IMG/VR virus record: IMGVR_UViG_3300038393_002521
Span: 1-29,511 of that record
Length of the DNA stretch: 29,511 nt
Direction: 5' to 3' (one strand)
Source of the DNA: a virus
Taxonomy: Duplodnaviria; Caudoviricetes
Positions within the stretch are counted from its first letter, which is position 1, and each line of letters begins with the position of its first letter. The notes beneath the pieces were generated by a model, which was not told where the DNA came from, did no database searches, and saw only the letters and a list, made by a program, of their open reading frames with translations. Both the position numbers and the translations under genes were made by a program. Positions 1-7,552 of the stretch are shown here, piece by piece.

Positions 1-58
1 GTCAACGACCGATGAAAAAATTTCAGCGAGCCTAGTTGATGCGCGCGTATGTTTTTGG

Positions 59-87
59 TTGGCCTTTGGCCCGAATACCGGTAGTTA
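59..87 (+). promoter_or_regulatory. Putative sigma70-type (late) promoter with spacer motif GGCCCGAATA
   Basis: TTGGCC (59-64), a 17-nt spacer, then TAGTTA (82-87). The spacer motif and its spacing from TTG are identical to the element at 23377-23405 upstream of the terminase. Confidence 0.55.
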
Positions 88-149
88 GATGGCGCGTTCC
101 GGTCGCCGTGGTGTCGACCCCACTTTCGACAACCGGAACGCAACGGTGG

Positions 150-226
150 CGCGGGGTAGAGCAGCCCGGTAGCTCGCCTGGCTCATAACCAGGAGGACGT
201 CGGTTCAAATCCGACCCCCGCTACCA
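150..226 (+). tRNA. tRNA-Met(CAT), initiator (fMet)-type
   Basis: Complete 77-nt cloverleaf: acceptor CGCGGGG/CCCCGCT with C1:U72 mismatch, D-stem GAGC/GCTC (A11:U24), anticodon arm CCTGG-CTCATAA-CCAGG, T-loop TTCAAAT and encoded CCA. Confidence 0.95.
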
Positions 227-227
227 C

Positions 228-401
228 CGGCACGAGATGCCGAGCGAAAGCCGGCGCGCTGGGCCCGATCGGATCCCCGGCGCAGTCGCAAGATGGGTCC
301 CGATCGATCCATCTGCTGCCGGTCAGTAGGCCGCCCGGGGCGCGCCGGGACAAAGAGGCGGCGTCGCCAAGGGATTAGATACCCCTCGGCGGCGTAGCCT
401 C
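228..401 (+). ncRNA. Putative structured non-coding RNA downstream of tRNA-fMet
   Basis: Nested complementary segments: CGGCA/TGCCG (228-242), GC-GAAA-GC, CCGGCGCGC (251-259)/GCGCGCCGG (340-348) and AGATGGGTC (291-299)/GATCCATCT (306-314). A long hairpin at 355-401 is capped by GGATTAGATACCC. No ORF is present. Confidence 0.55.
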
Positions 402-419
402 AAACGCAAGGAGGGCGCG

Positions 420-758
420 ATGGAGCTTGCCGAACTAGAGCCGCGTCTCACCCGCTTCGTTGCGCCGCGCTCGTTTCACTATGTCCGTTCGCTGGCGAAG
501 GCCGATAGCCTATGGTTCCTCTGCCCGGCATGCTTCATCGCGAACAAGGGCAAGGTCGGCACTCACGGGATCAGGATCGACTTCGTCGGACGCGGCGTGC
601 CTGACGAAATGTGCCTCCATAATGATCAGGGAAAGCCAGTCCGCTGGAATATGACAGGCACCAGCCTCAAGGACATCAGCCTGACGCCGTCGATCCTCAT
701 ACTCAGCGGCTGCAAGTGGCACGGCTACGTCACCAATGGCGCGATCGTCACCGTCTGA
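420..758 (+). CDS. DUF6527-like protein (putative Cys/His metal-binding)
   Basis: RBS AAGGAGG. Motifs WFLCPAC, RWNMTG, SLTPSI and CKWHGYVTNG match my recollection of DUF6527. Confidence 0.7.
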   Translation: MELAELEPRLTRFVAPRSFHYVRSLAKADSLWFLCPACFIANKGKVGTHGIRIDFVGRGVPDEMCLHNDQGKPVRWNMTGTSLKDISLTPSILILSGCKWHGYVTNGAIVTV

Positions 759-1108
759 TGCCCGGCTGGTGCGAGCTCGAGAAGGTCTCGCCGATCCTGC
801 GGCGATGGGACTTTCACTATCAGGGCAAGGCCCGTTGGAACCTCTGGTTCATCTGCCCCGCCTGCAAGGAAGCTCATGCGTTCGACGAGCGGTGGGACTT
901 CAACGGCAACTATGAGAAGCCGACCTTCAGCCCGTCATTCCTGACATGGGTCGACGCCAATCCGCAGGCGACACGCGAGCCGTTCATCAGCGGTCGTCGC
1001 TGTCACTCTTTCGTGCGGGACGGGATGATCGAGTATCAGAGCGATTGCACGCACGAGTTCGGCGGGCAGACCGTGCCGATTCCGCTATGGAGCGACAAGC
1101 GCGCGTGA
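758..1108 (+). CDS. DUF6527-like protein (second paralogue)
   Basis: TGATG overlap with the upstream gene (ATG 758). Motifs FICPAC-H, WDFNGNYEKPTFSPS and RCHSFVRDGMIEYQSDCTH. Confidence 0.75.
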   Translation: MPGWCELEKVSPILRRWDFHYQGKARWNLWFICPACKEAHAFDERWDFNGNYEKPTFSPSFLTWVDANPQATREPFISGRRCHSFVRDGMIEYQSDCTHEFGGQTVPIPLWSDKRA

Positions 1109-1771
1109 GTTGATGATGCCGATCGCGCATGCCCGCCAGAGGACGGTGTCGACCGTCGGGACCTTGTAGCCCGTCACTGCGGCGATGCGTTCGCACAGTT
1201 GCTGGGCAGTGCATCCTTCATGGTCGGCCAGGCGCTGCAAATGGACATCAGGCTTGGCGACCTGGGCGCCGAAGTTCTTGGCGAGATGATATTTGGTGAT
1301 CTCGCCGATCCAAGGCAGCGAGGCGCAGAAAACCAGCTTGTCGTCGGCGTCCAGATACTGCCGGCGTAGCACGCCGCGATTGGCCCAGATGTGATCGATC
1401 GCCGAGGCTTTCCCCTTGTGCCCGAACGCATCCTGCGCGCTGCCGCCCGAGCGCAGGGATGCCATCACCCGCTCGAATATCCCCTGGGCCACGCTGAATC
1501 GCATGCCCGAGTTGCAAATGACGAAGATTGCTTCGCGAGCGAAGATCAGCGCTGATCGTGGCGGCTGGCAATTCTCCGCCCAATCGATGTCGTCGCCATA
1601 GCCAGCCTCGCGGCAATGCCGGACCAGCTCGTGGAAGATTTCGGCGGTGATCAACGGCTGACGCTCCTGTGTTCGGTTGAAGAGCCGGAACTGAAAGGTG
1701 TCGGGGATTCCTTGGAGCGGCAGTGCGTCTAGCTCGCGGCACTCCCGGCAGATGCAGCGCTCGACGTGCAT
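1085..1771 (-). CDS. HhH-GPD DNA glycosylase-like protein
   Basis: The ATG at 1771 is coupled to the upstream stop. HhH-like LPWIGEITK is followed by KPDVHL, with VDTVLW near the C-terminus. Confidence 0.65.
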   Translation of the reverse strand: MHVERCICRECRELDALPLQGIPDTFQFRLFNRTQERQPLITAEIFHELVRHCREAGYGDDIDWAENCQPPRSALIFAREAIFVICNSGMRFSVAQGIFERVMASLRSGGSAQDAFGHKGKASAIDHIWANRGVLRRQYLDADDKLVFCASLPWIGEITKYHLAKNFGAQVAKPDVHLQRLADHEGCTAQQLCERIAAVTGYKVPTVDTVLWRACAIGIINSRALVAP

Positions 1772-2313
1772 CAGCTCCGGCGGGCCACGAGCTCGTGGTA
1801 GCGGTCTTCCCAGACGACGGCAGCCATCGCCGGCAGCCAGTAATTGAACTTCACCGGCGCCGGCTCGATGTCCGCATGCGACGATCTCCCGCGGCGACCC
1901 AGATCCACCATGGCGTCCTGCTCGGCGAGCAGCATCTGGATATCGACTTTCTTGACCACGGCCGTTCGCCAGTCCGGCCAATTGAACCTCTGTCGTAGTG
2001 CATCCTCGAAGCGGCGCTCAAATTCGACATAGTCGTCAAGTAGTACCTTCAGCGGCTTCGTGATGTCCTTGATGAAAGCCTCGGCTGCATCGTGAATCTG
2101 GAACGCGAGACGCGATCCGATTGGGGCGACATAGCTGCCAAGCGTGCAGTGTTCGGCGACCGAGTAGAACGGAATTTCTTGGCGATATTGGCCGTTGAAT
2201 CTGGTCTCTCGAGCGGCGCCCAGCGCGATGTCCCGGATCTTCACCTCGCTGACGTCGATAGGATCGAAGCAGACGCGACCACCGCTAGCGGTAGGAATGG
2301 TATTTTGAGGCAC
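1771..2313 (-). CDS. HD-domain phosphohydrolase (YfbR/YfdR-like 5'-deoxynucleotidase)
   Basis: GTG at 2313 with an AAAGGA RBS. Motifs RFNGQ, FYSVAEH, IHDAAEAF-KD-PLK and VKKVD-QML-E. Confidence 0.85.
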   Translation of the reverse strand: MPQNTIPTASGGRVCFDPIDVSEVKIRDIALGAARETRFNGQYRQEIPFYSVAEHCTLGSYVAPIGSRLAFQIHDAAEAFIKDITKPLKVLLDDYVEFERRFEDALRQRFNWPDWRTAVVKKVDIQMLLAEQDAMVDLGRRGRSSHADIEPAPVKFNYWLPAMAAVVWEDRYHELVARRS

Positions 2314-2323
2314 ATCGGTCCTT

Positions 2324-2749
2324 TCAGATAAGCGATCGCTGGCGAGGCGGCGGAGCGAGATCGCCGAGAAGCGAATTGGGAACATCGAAGAGGCCTTGCG
2401 CCCCGCGGAAAGGGGCCGGCTCGGGGAGCGCCTGGATGTTCGCGAATATCCAGCCAAAGCGGCCATCGGCATAGTTGCCCCAGCGCTCTTCCTGCTCGCT
2501 GAGCGTTGGTCGCAGAATTTCGGTGCGATCGATCTTCACGAGCTGACCGACAGCCACAATAGCGCCAAGCGGCAATTCGCCTGGCAGCCCCATCAGCGCG
2601 GCGAATTCGCGCTCTTCGGCTGTCCAGCGCTTGGCCGCGTGGATCGCGAGATTGCCGCGGTGCGACGTCCACCAATGACGCGTCTCGATCGACTTCAGAC
2701 CCAGCGCCATAGCCGAGGCCCACGGCTGCCAAAGCGAGATTGCTCGCAT
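2324..2749 (-). CDS. ASCH domain protein
   Basis: AISLWQPWAS...GLKSIETRHW...RGNLAIHAAK, and C-terminal RGAQGLF. Confidence 0.9.
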   Translation of the reverse strand: MRAISLWQPWASAMALGLKSIETRHWWTSHRGNLAIHAAKRWTAEEREFAALMGLPGELPLGAIVAVGQLVKIDRTEILRPTLSEQEERWGNYADGRFGWIFANIQALPEPAPFRGAQGLFDVPNSLLGDLAPPPRQRSLI

Positions 2750-3033
2750 TATTCCCGCTCGCCCTTCGGCCAGACCGGGCCACTGTCGGCGACGAGACAG
2801 CGGGTGCCTTCATTATTGCCGACGTACATCGGGAAGAGGGTCAGGCCGGAGAATATCGCGATGAAGGCCGTGCGAGTTTTGCTGATCTCCTCCCACTCCT
2901 CATCGGTGAATTTCCAAGCGGATACGATCGCGTGGCCGTTGATGAACGTCGGGAGCGGTCGGATGGAATCCTCACGGCCTTCTGGCGCGGTGAATATCTT
3001 GTTGACCCCATGGAATTCGACTGGATCGGCCAT
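2749..3033 (-). CDS. Conserved phage hypothetical protein
   Basis: ATG 3033 is coupled to the upstream stop. The F-G-N...LP...VSAWK-T-EE pattern is common in phage proteins. Confidence 0.75.
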   Translation of the reverse strand: MADPVEFHGVNKIFTAPEGREDSIRPLPTFINGHAIVSAWKFTDEEWEEISKTRTAFIAIFSGLTLFPMYVGNNEGTRCLVADSGPVWPKGERE

Positions 3034-3431
3034 CAGAAACAGAACCTCGCTTCGCCGGCGTCCTTCACCTCCGCCCAATCGGGTCCGAACAGGCTCTTCC
3101 AGATGACGAATAGCCGCTCATAGTCCGGCATCGGGCGATCGTGCTTGCGCAGATGATGCTCGATCTTTCCCCGCGCCGCGTCGCTGACGAACACCTCGGG
3201 CTGGAAACTGCGCTGGCAGTTGGGGCACGCGGCCTGCGGGATCTCGAGGCGGTAGGGCAGGGCCTGGCCGGGAATGCGGCCGATTGGCCCGAATAGGATG
3301 ACGGGAAAGTGCGTTCCGACACCGCGACAGTTGGGATTGAAGCAGACGAGGGTATGCTCCGTGCCATTGGCATGGGCGACATCGCGAACGGCACTCGCCG
3401 GAATGGAGGAGGTGATCGTCTTGTCGGTCAT
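3033..3431 (-). CDS. Hypothetical protein with possible zinc ribbon
   Basis: CFNPNC and CPNC motifs, with ATGA coupling to the upstream gene. Confidence 0.7.
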   Translation of the reverse strand: MTDKTITSSIPASAVRDVAHANGTEHTLVCFNPNCRGVGTHFPVILFGPIGRIPGQALPYRLEIPQAACPNCQRSFQPEVFVSDAARGKIEHHLRKHDRPMPDYERLFVIWKSLFGPDWAEVKDAGEARFCF

Positions 3432-4459
3432 TGGGGATATCCATCATGCTGGACGCCATCGAGCAGTCTGCCAGCGACCTTCTTGCCAACACGCCACATG
3501 TCGCGCCCAATACTCTGGTCGATTGGCCGCACTCCCTTGACCTCCGGCATGTCACGTTCGCTGCCATCGTCCGGGTAGCAAACGACGTCCCCATCCAGGA
3601 AGTCGACCTCGCATGGAAGCCATTCGCCCCATTGCTTGAATAGGAACGGCACGCCGGCGGCTGCGCACTGGTCACGAAGCGAGCGCGCCCAATCTGGGTG
3701 CATCGGCCGCGCGCCAGGCCCGCTTTCGCCGCCGGCTACGACCCAATGCAGTTCTCGATCATAAAGGCCGAACGGCTGCACATCGACGGGGCCGAGCAGA
3801 GGCTCGCAGCTGAGCCAGCGAACCGCGGCGGGCGTGTCGAGTAGGATGGGAATTCGCTCATCGGCCCGTCGCTGATCCTCGACGCTCGTGCCGAGCCAGA
3901 CGTTTCGCAGCGGCCATGGGCGCTCGCCGCCCCAAACCGCGCCTTGACCGGCAAGAGCTGCGAGCATTGGATCGTCGCTGATGATGGGCAACCGCACATT
4001 GCCACGCAGTCCGTGCGACCAGTCATCGACGAAGTTGTCGACGCTCGACCAAATGCATTCCGCTCGCTCCGATACATAATCGCGCATGCGATCTGGCCGC
4101 TTCGTCAGCACCTGGAAGTAGTGCCAATGAGCAAGTGCCATGATGGTGAACTCGCGGTCGATCCACTCATCAGGCACACTCGGATGGAAAAGGTCGCCGT
4201 GCGCGTTCGGGAAGATCCGCCGCGGTCGCTTCCACCGCAGCGGATCAAGCAGCACTTTCTCATTGAATCGAACCTGCCCGTTCCAGACGGGCCCGGCTTT
4301 CGTGTCGATCGTCAGGCCTTCACGGCTCGGATGATGCTTCAGCCGCGTGCCGGCTAGGCGCATGGCATAGCAGTTGGTGCAGCCGGGGCTGACGACGTTG
4401 CACCCGTTGACGACATTCCACGTCGCGTCGGTCCATTCGATTTTGGTTCCGTCAGCCAT
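3428..4459 (-). CDS. Phage Gp37/Gp68 family (DUF5131) radical-SAM-like protein
   Basis: TKIEWTDATWN, GCNVVSPGCTNCYA, GDLFH, FQVLTKRP, NVWLGTSVEDQ, WLSCEPLLG, WVVAGGESG, FLFKQWGEW. Start ATG at 4459. Confidence 0.93.
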   Translation of the reverse strand: MADGTKIEWTDATWNVVNGCNVVSPGCTNCYAMRLAGTRLKHHPSREGLTIDTKAGPVWNGQVRFNEKVLLDPLRWKRPRRIFPNAHGDLFHPSVPDEWIDREFTIMALAHWHYFQVLTKRPDRMRDYVSERAECIWSSVDNFVDDWSHGLRGNVRLPIISDDPMLAALAGQGAVWGGERPWPLRNVWLGTSVEDQRRADERIPILLDTPAAVRWLSCEPLLGPVDVQPFGLYDRELHWVVAGGESGPGARPMHPDWARSLRDQCAAAGVPFLFKQWGEWLPCEVDFLDGDVVCYPDDGSERDMPEVKGVRPIDQSIGRDMWRVGKKVAGRLLDGVQHDGYPQ

Positions 4460-4761
4460 CAGTGATCGACCCTTGGTGAGAGCTCGTCGGCGAGCCGGAG
4501 GAACGATGCGGCGACCATCCGCGCCTGGTCGGCGTCCATCTGGGCGACCATGCCCATCTTGAACTCCGGCTCGTAGAGCAGGAAGCCGACGCGCGATTGC
4601 GCCGAATCCTCGGGGTTGATAATCAGCATCGTGACGAAACCAGGCGCGTCGACACACTCCATCGGTCCGTGAGGTGTCTCAATCAGGCCTGCGATGCTGG
4701 TCGCCGTGCCCCGCGACGTCTCATGCGTCGCCGTGCGCTCCATCTTTCGGACCTCAGACAT
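4459..4761 (-). CDS. Hypothetical protein
   Basis: 100-aa ORF tiling the operon, with its stop overlapping the next start. Confidence 0.7.
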   Translation of the reverse strand: MSEVRKMERTATHETSRGTATSIAGLIETPHGPMECVDAPGFVTMLIINPEDSAQSRVGFLLYEPEFKMGMVAQMDADQARMVAASFLRLADELSPRVDH

Positions 4762-4939
4762 TGCGAAGAGCCTTGATTAAGCGAGCGATGAGGAGCGCCG
4801 CAGCGCAGATCGGCCAGAAGATCGCCACAAACGGCAGGAACTTGCGGTCTTCGGACTCGAGCACCCATGCGACATCGGGATCAAAGGCCCGAACGAAGAC
4901 CACACCGGCACCGAGCGCCCAAAGGATGAGGGCGATCAT
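4754..4939 (-). CDS. Small membrane protein
   Basis: Two hydrophobic segments in 61 aa, with ATGA coupling. Confidence 0.7.
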   Translation of the reverse strand: MIALILWALGAGVVFVRAFDPDVAWVLESEDRKFLPFVAIFWPICAAALLIARLIKALRNV

Positions 4940-5142
4940 CTCGTCACCGGCTCGAGGCGAACGCCGTCGCAGAACGATTGCGGCCTCACCGTCGCGATGT
5001 CGCCCGGCCGCTCATTGTTCCAGCCGGTGACGTGGATCTCCATGCCCCGCAGTCGGCGGTCGCGGATGATGTCCGCTTTCTTGAGTAACGAGGCGATCTC
5101 GACGAGCGCGTGCGCGCGATCGATGTCAGGCGTCAGAGACAT
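4936..5142 (-). CDS. Hypothetical protein
   Basis: ATG 5142 preceded by GGAG. Tiles the operon. Confidence 0.6.
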   Translation of the reverse strand: MSLTPDIDRAHALVEIASLLKKADIIRDRRLRGMEIHVTGWNNERPGDIATVRPQSFCDGVRLEPVTR

Positions 5143-5338
5143 GCGCCTGCTCCGGATTGTGCAGAACCTCGACGATCGATGCGATTGCCACAAGCGCCTT
5201 CACGCGCTCGACCGCCTTCCGGGCGCCGCTGCGCTTGATGTAGCCCTCACCGCTGTCGGCGATGATCTTCTTGTTGTGGGCAATCAGCCGCCAGCGCCAC
5301 TCGCCTTTGCCGTCCTTGTAGAGCTCGAACATCGTCAT
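5126..5338 (-). CDS. YegP/DUF1508 family protein
   Basis: FELYKDGKGEWRWRLIAHNKKIIADSGEGY. AGGAG RBS before ATG 5338. Confidence 0.9.
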   Translation of the reverse strand: MTMFELYKDGKGEWRWRLIAHNKKIIADSGEGYIKRSGARKAVERVKALVAIASIVEVLHNPEQAHVSDA

Positions 5339-5354
5339 TCTCCTGCTAGAGGGT

Positions 5355-6995
5355 TCAGGCTGCCACGCTCTCGCGAGCAGCCGCGGCGCTTGGAGCATTG
5401 GCAGCGACAAGTGCTTCGGCGAGCGGCGGGCAGACGCTGTTGCCGCACTTTGCAACTTGCGCCGTCTTCGTGATCGGTCGGCCATCCACGCCCCGGTCGA
5501 TGATATAGTCGGCAGGGAATCCCTGCGCGTTGAACAGCTCGCGTGGTGTGAGCATCCGCATGCCGATGTCGACGATGACGTATTCCTCGCCATCGATCGT
5601 CACCGTCACGACGCTAAAGCGATCCTTCGTCGTGACCGTCCCCAGCGACCGCTCCGGATCGTGCCCCTCGCTTTCATTGCCGTAATATTTGAGCAGGAAG
5701 GCTCGAACCTCGGCCATGTGCGTGCCTTGCGCGCTCACTGTCGCCAGAGGCTCGTCGACCTGCTGCCCGTGCTGACAAGTCCCGCGGAGCTTTACCAGGT
5801 TCGACGTACAGACAGCCTGAAGCGGCCCTTTCTGGACAATGGTTGAGACCGGCTCTTCGGGCGAATGACCTTCGTTGAGCTTGCGTCCTTCCCTGGTCTC
5901 GCTGAACTGTGCCAAGTGAGCAGCAACGACCGCGTGCCGCGGGGCCCCTGCCATGACGGTATGCAGCGGCTCATCGGGCGAATAGCCCTTCCCGTTGTCG
6001 GCGAACTTCTGCATGAAGGCCTGCACAACTGCAGATTTGCCGCCGCCTCCGGATGTCGTCGTTGGAAGTGGCGCGTCAACCGGCGACCCTTCGCTCTTGC
6101 CAAATTGACGCTCGATCGTGGCGGCAACGAGCGCTAACTCACCGCCTTTCGCGGTCGTGATCGTCCGTAGGGGCTCATCGCCCGGATGATAGCGATCGCC
6201 AGCCCATTTCGTGTTGCAAACCGGCACGATAAAGGGATGCGGATTCTTCAGTACGAACTTGACGATGCCGTGAGCAATGCGCCGCAGCGTCTTTTCGGCG
6301 AGCGGCTTCTTGCGCTCGAAGATCGATGGGCAGGGAATCGACCAATCGATGATTTCCGCGGCGGTGCGCCAAGGCAGGCGCTGGCCGCTCAGAACCTCAG
6401 CGCTATCAGGCTTGCCATGCGTCGGCGCCGGCCACACGATCGGCTGGCCATCGCATCTGGCGATCATGAAAAACCGTTTGCGGATGGTCGGCGCGCCGTA
6501 GTCGCAGGCCCGCAGCTCGCGGAACTGCAACTTGTAACCCTGCCGACGAAGCGCCTTGCACCACTTCGTAAAGGTTTCGCCGACGCGATCCCGGATGATT
6601 TGGCCGTGATCGTCGAGCGGTCCCCAGGTCCGAAACTCCTCGACGTTCTCGAGGAAGATGCAGGTCGGCTTCACCCGCTGCGCCCACAGCACCACCACCC
6701 ATGCCAGATCGCGGATAGACTTCTCGCGCGGTTTGCCGCCCTTCGCCTTGCTGAAATGCTTGCAGTCCGGGCTGAACCAGGCGAGCTCGACCGGCTGGCC
6801 ATCCGTGACCTCGCAAGGATCGACTTGCCAGATGTTGTTGCGGACGTGCTTAGTGGCCGGATGGTTGGCCTCGTGCATCCGCAGGGCTTCTGCATCGTGA
6901 TTGATGGCAATATCGACGGCGCGGCCGAGCGCAGCTTCGATGCCGGTCGAAGCTCCGCCGCCGCCGGCGAAATTGTCGACGAGAAGGCCTGTCAT
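5355..6995 (-). CDS. DNA (cytosine-5) methyltransferase
   Basis: Motif I FAGGGG, catalytic SPDCKHFS, ENV, YGAPTIRKR, motif IX RMLTPRELFNAQGFP and motif X GNSV. Confidence 0.95.
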   Translation of the reverse strand: MTGLLVDNFAGGGGASTGIEAALGRAVDIAINHDAEALRMHEANHPATKHVRNNIWQVDPCEVTDGQPVELAWFSPDCKHFSKAKGGKPREKSIRDLAWVVVLWAQRVKPTCIFLENVEEFRTWGPLDDHGQIIRDRVGETFTKWCKALRRQGYKLQFRELRACDYGAPTIRKRFFMIARCDGQPIVWPAPTHGKPDSAEVLSGQRLPWRTAAEIIDWSIPCPSIFERKKPLAEKTLRRIAHGIVKFVLKNPHPFIVPVCNTKWAGDRYHPGDEPLRTITTAKGGELALVAATIERQFGKSEGSPVDAPLPTTTSGGGGKSAVVQAFMQKFADNGKGYSPDEPLHTVMAGAPRHAVVAAHLAQFSETREGRKLNEGHSPEEPVSTIVQKGPLQAVCTSNLVKLRGTCQHGQQVDEPLATVSAQGTHMAEVRAFLLKYYGNESEGHDPERSLGTVTTKDRFSVVTVTIDGEEYVIVDIGMRMLTPRELFNAQGFPADYIIDRGVDGRPITKTAQVAKCGNSVCPPLAEALVAANAPSAAAARESVAA

Positions 6996-7552
6996 GCAGC
7001 TGATCTCCAGACGAGAGGTTGCTGATCGCGCGGGATCCGATGTTTGCCGCGAGAGAGCGGGTGCTTCGGCTGCCCGCTCAGCGTGGTGCCGAGGCAGACC
7101 AGATCAACCTTGGCGAATTTGCATAGCGCGATGAAATTCTCATCGAGCCCGAGATGCCCGCCGTTGTTGCCCCAGGCCGCAACGATGCTCTTGCCGTGAT
7201 CTCGGGCGTAAATGACGGCGTCGCTCAAATAGGCGTGGTTTGACGGGCCTATTCCGAGTGCACCCTCGCGCATCATCACGGCTGGTGAAGAGGCGCGGAA
7301 CGCTGAGAGGTTGACCACCAAGATGCCGCCGTAGCCCCATAGCTTTGCGAAGTGGATCAGCGTCAGGATCGTCGGATCGTTCTTGAACGCGTCCGCCGTG
7401 CTCGGATTGAGCATGCAGACGACCAGCAGCGGCAGGCTCTCGTCCCAGATGCGCTTCAGCTCGTAGCGCCAGCAATCGACGATGACAGCGGTCATCATCA
7501 TGGGCGGCGATGGCGGTGTCGGTAGGTCAAAGAGTGCCATCTGCTCAGGCAT
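6992..7552 (-). CDS. DUF1643 domain protein
   Basis: RYELKRIWD, VCMLNPSTAD-DPT, VNLSAFRA, AAWG and GQPKHPL. ATG at 7552. Confidence 0.88.
   Translation of the reverse strand: MPEQMALFDLPTPPSPPMMMTAVIVDCWRYELKRIWDESLPLLVVCMLNPSTADAFKNDPTILTLIHFAKLWGYGGILVVNLSAFRASSPAVMMREGALGIGPSNHAYLSDAVIYARDHGKSIVAAWGNNGGHLGLDENFIALCKFAKVDLVCLGTTLSGQPKHPLSRGKHRIPRDQQPLVWRSAA

Noticed and set aside
227-350. Theta/HDV-like or hammerhead ribozyme in the tRNA trailer
   Set aside because: I could not build the HDV nested double pseudoknot, and there is no CUGANGA/GAAA core.
240-410. Degenerate 16S rRNA gene fragment (GCGAAAGC, GTCGCAAGAT, GGATTAGATACCC)
   Set aside because: The short matches are not collinear with 16S and the flanks are unrelated. 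The two shorter matches are generic GNRA-type words, so only the 13-mer is kept as a finding.
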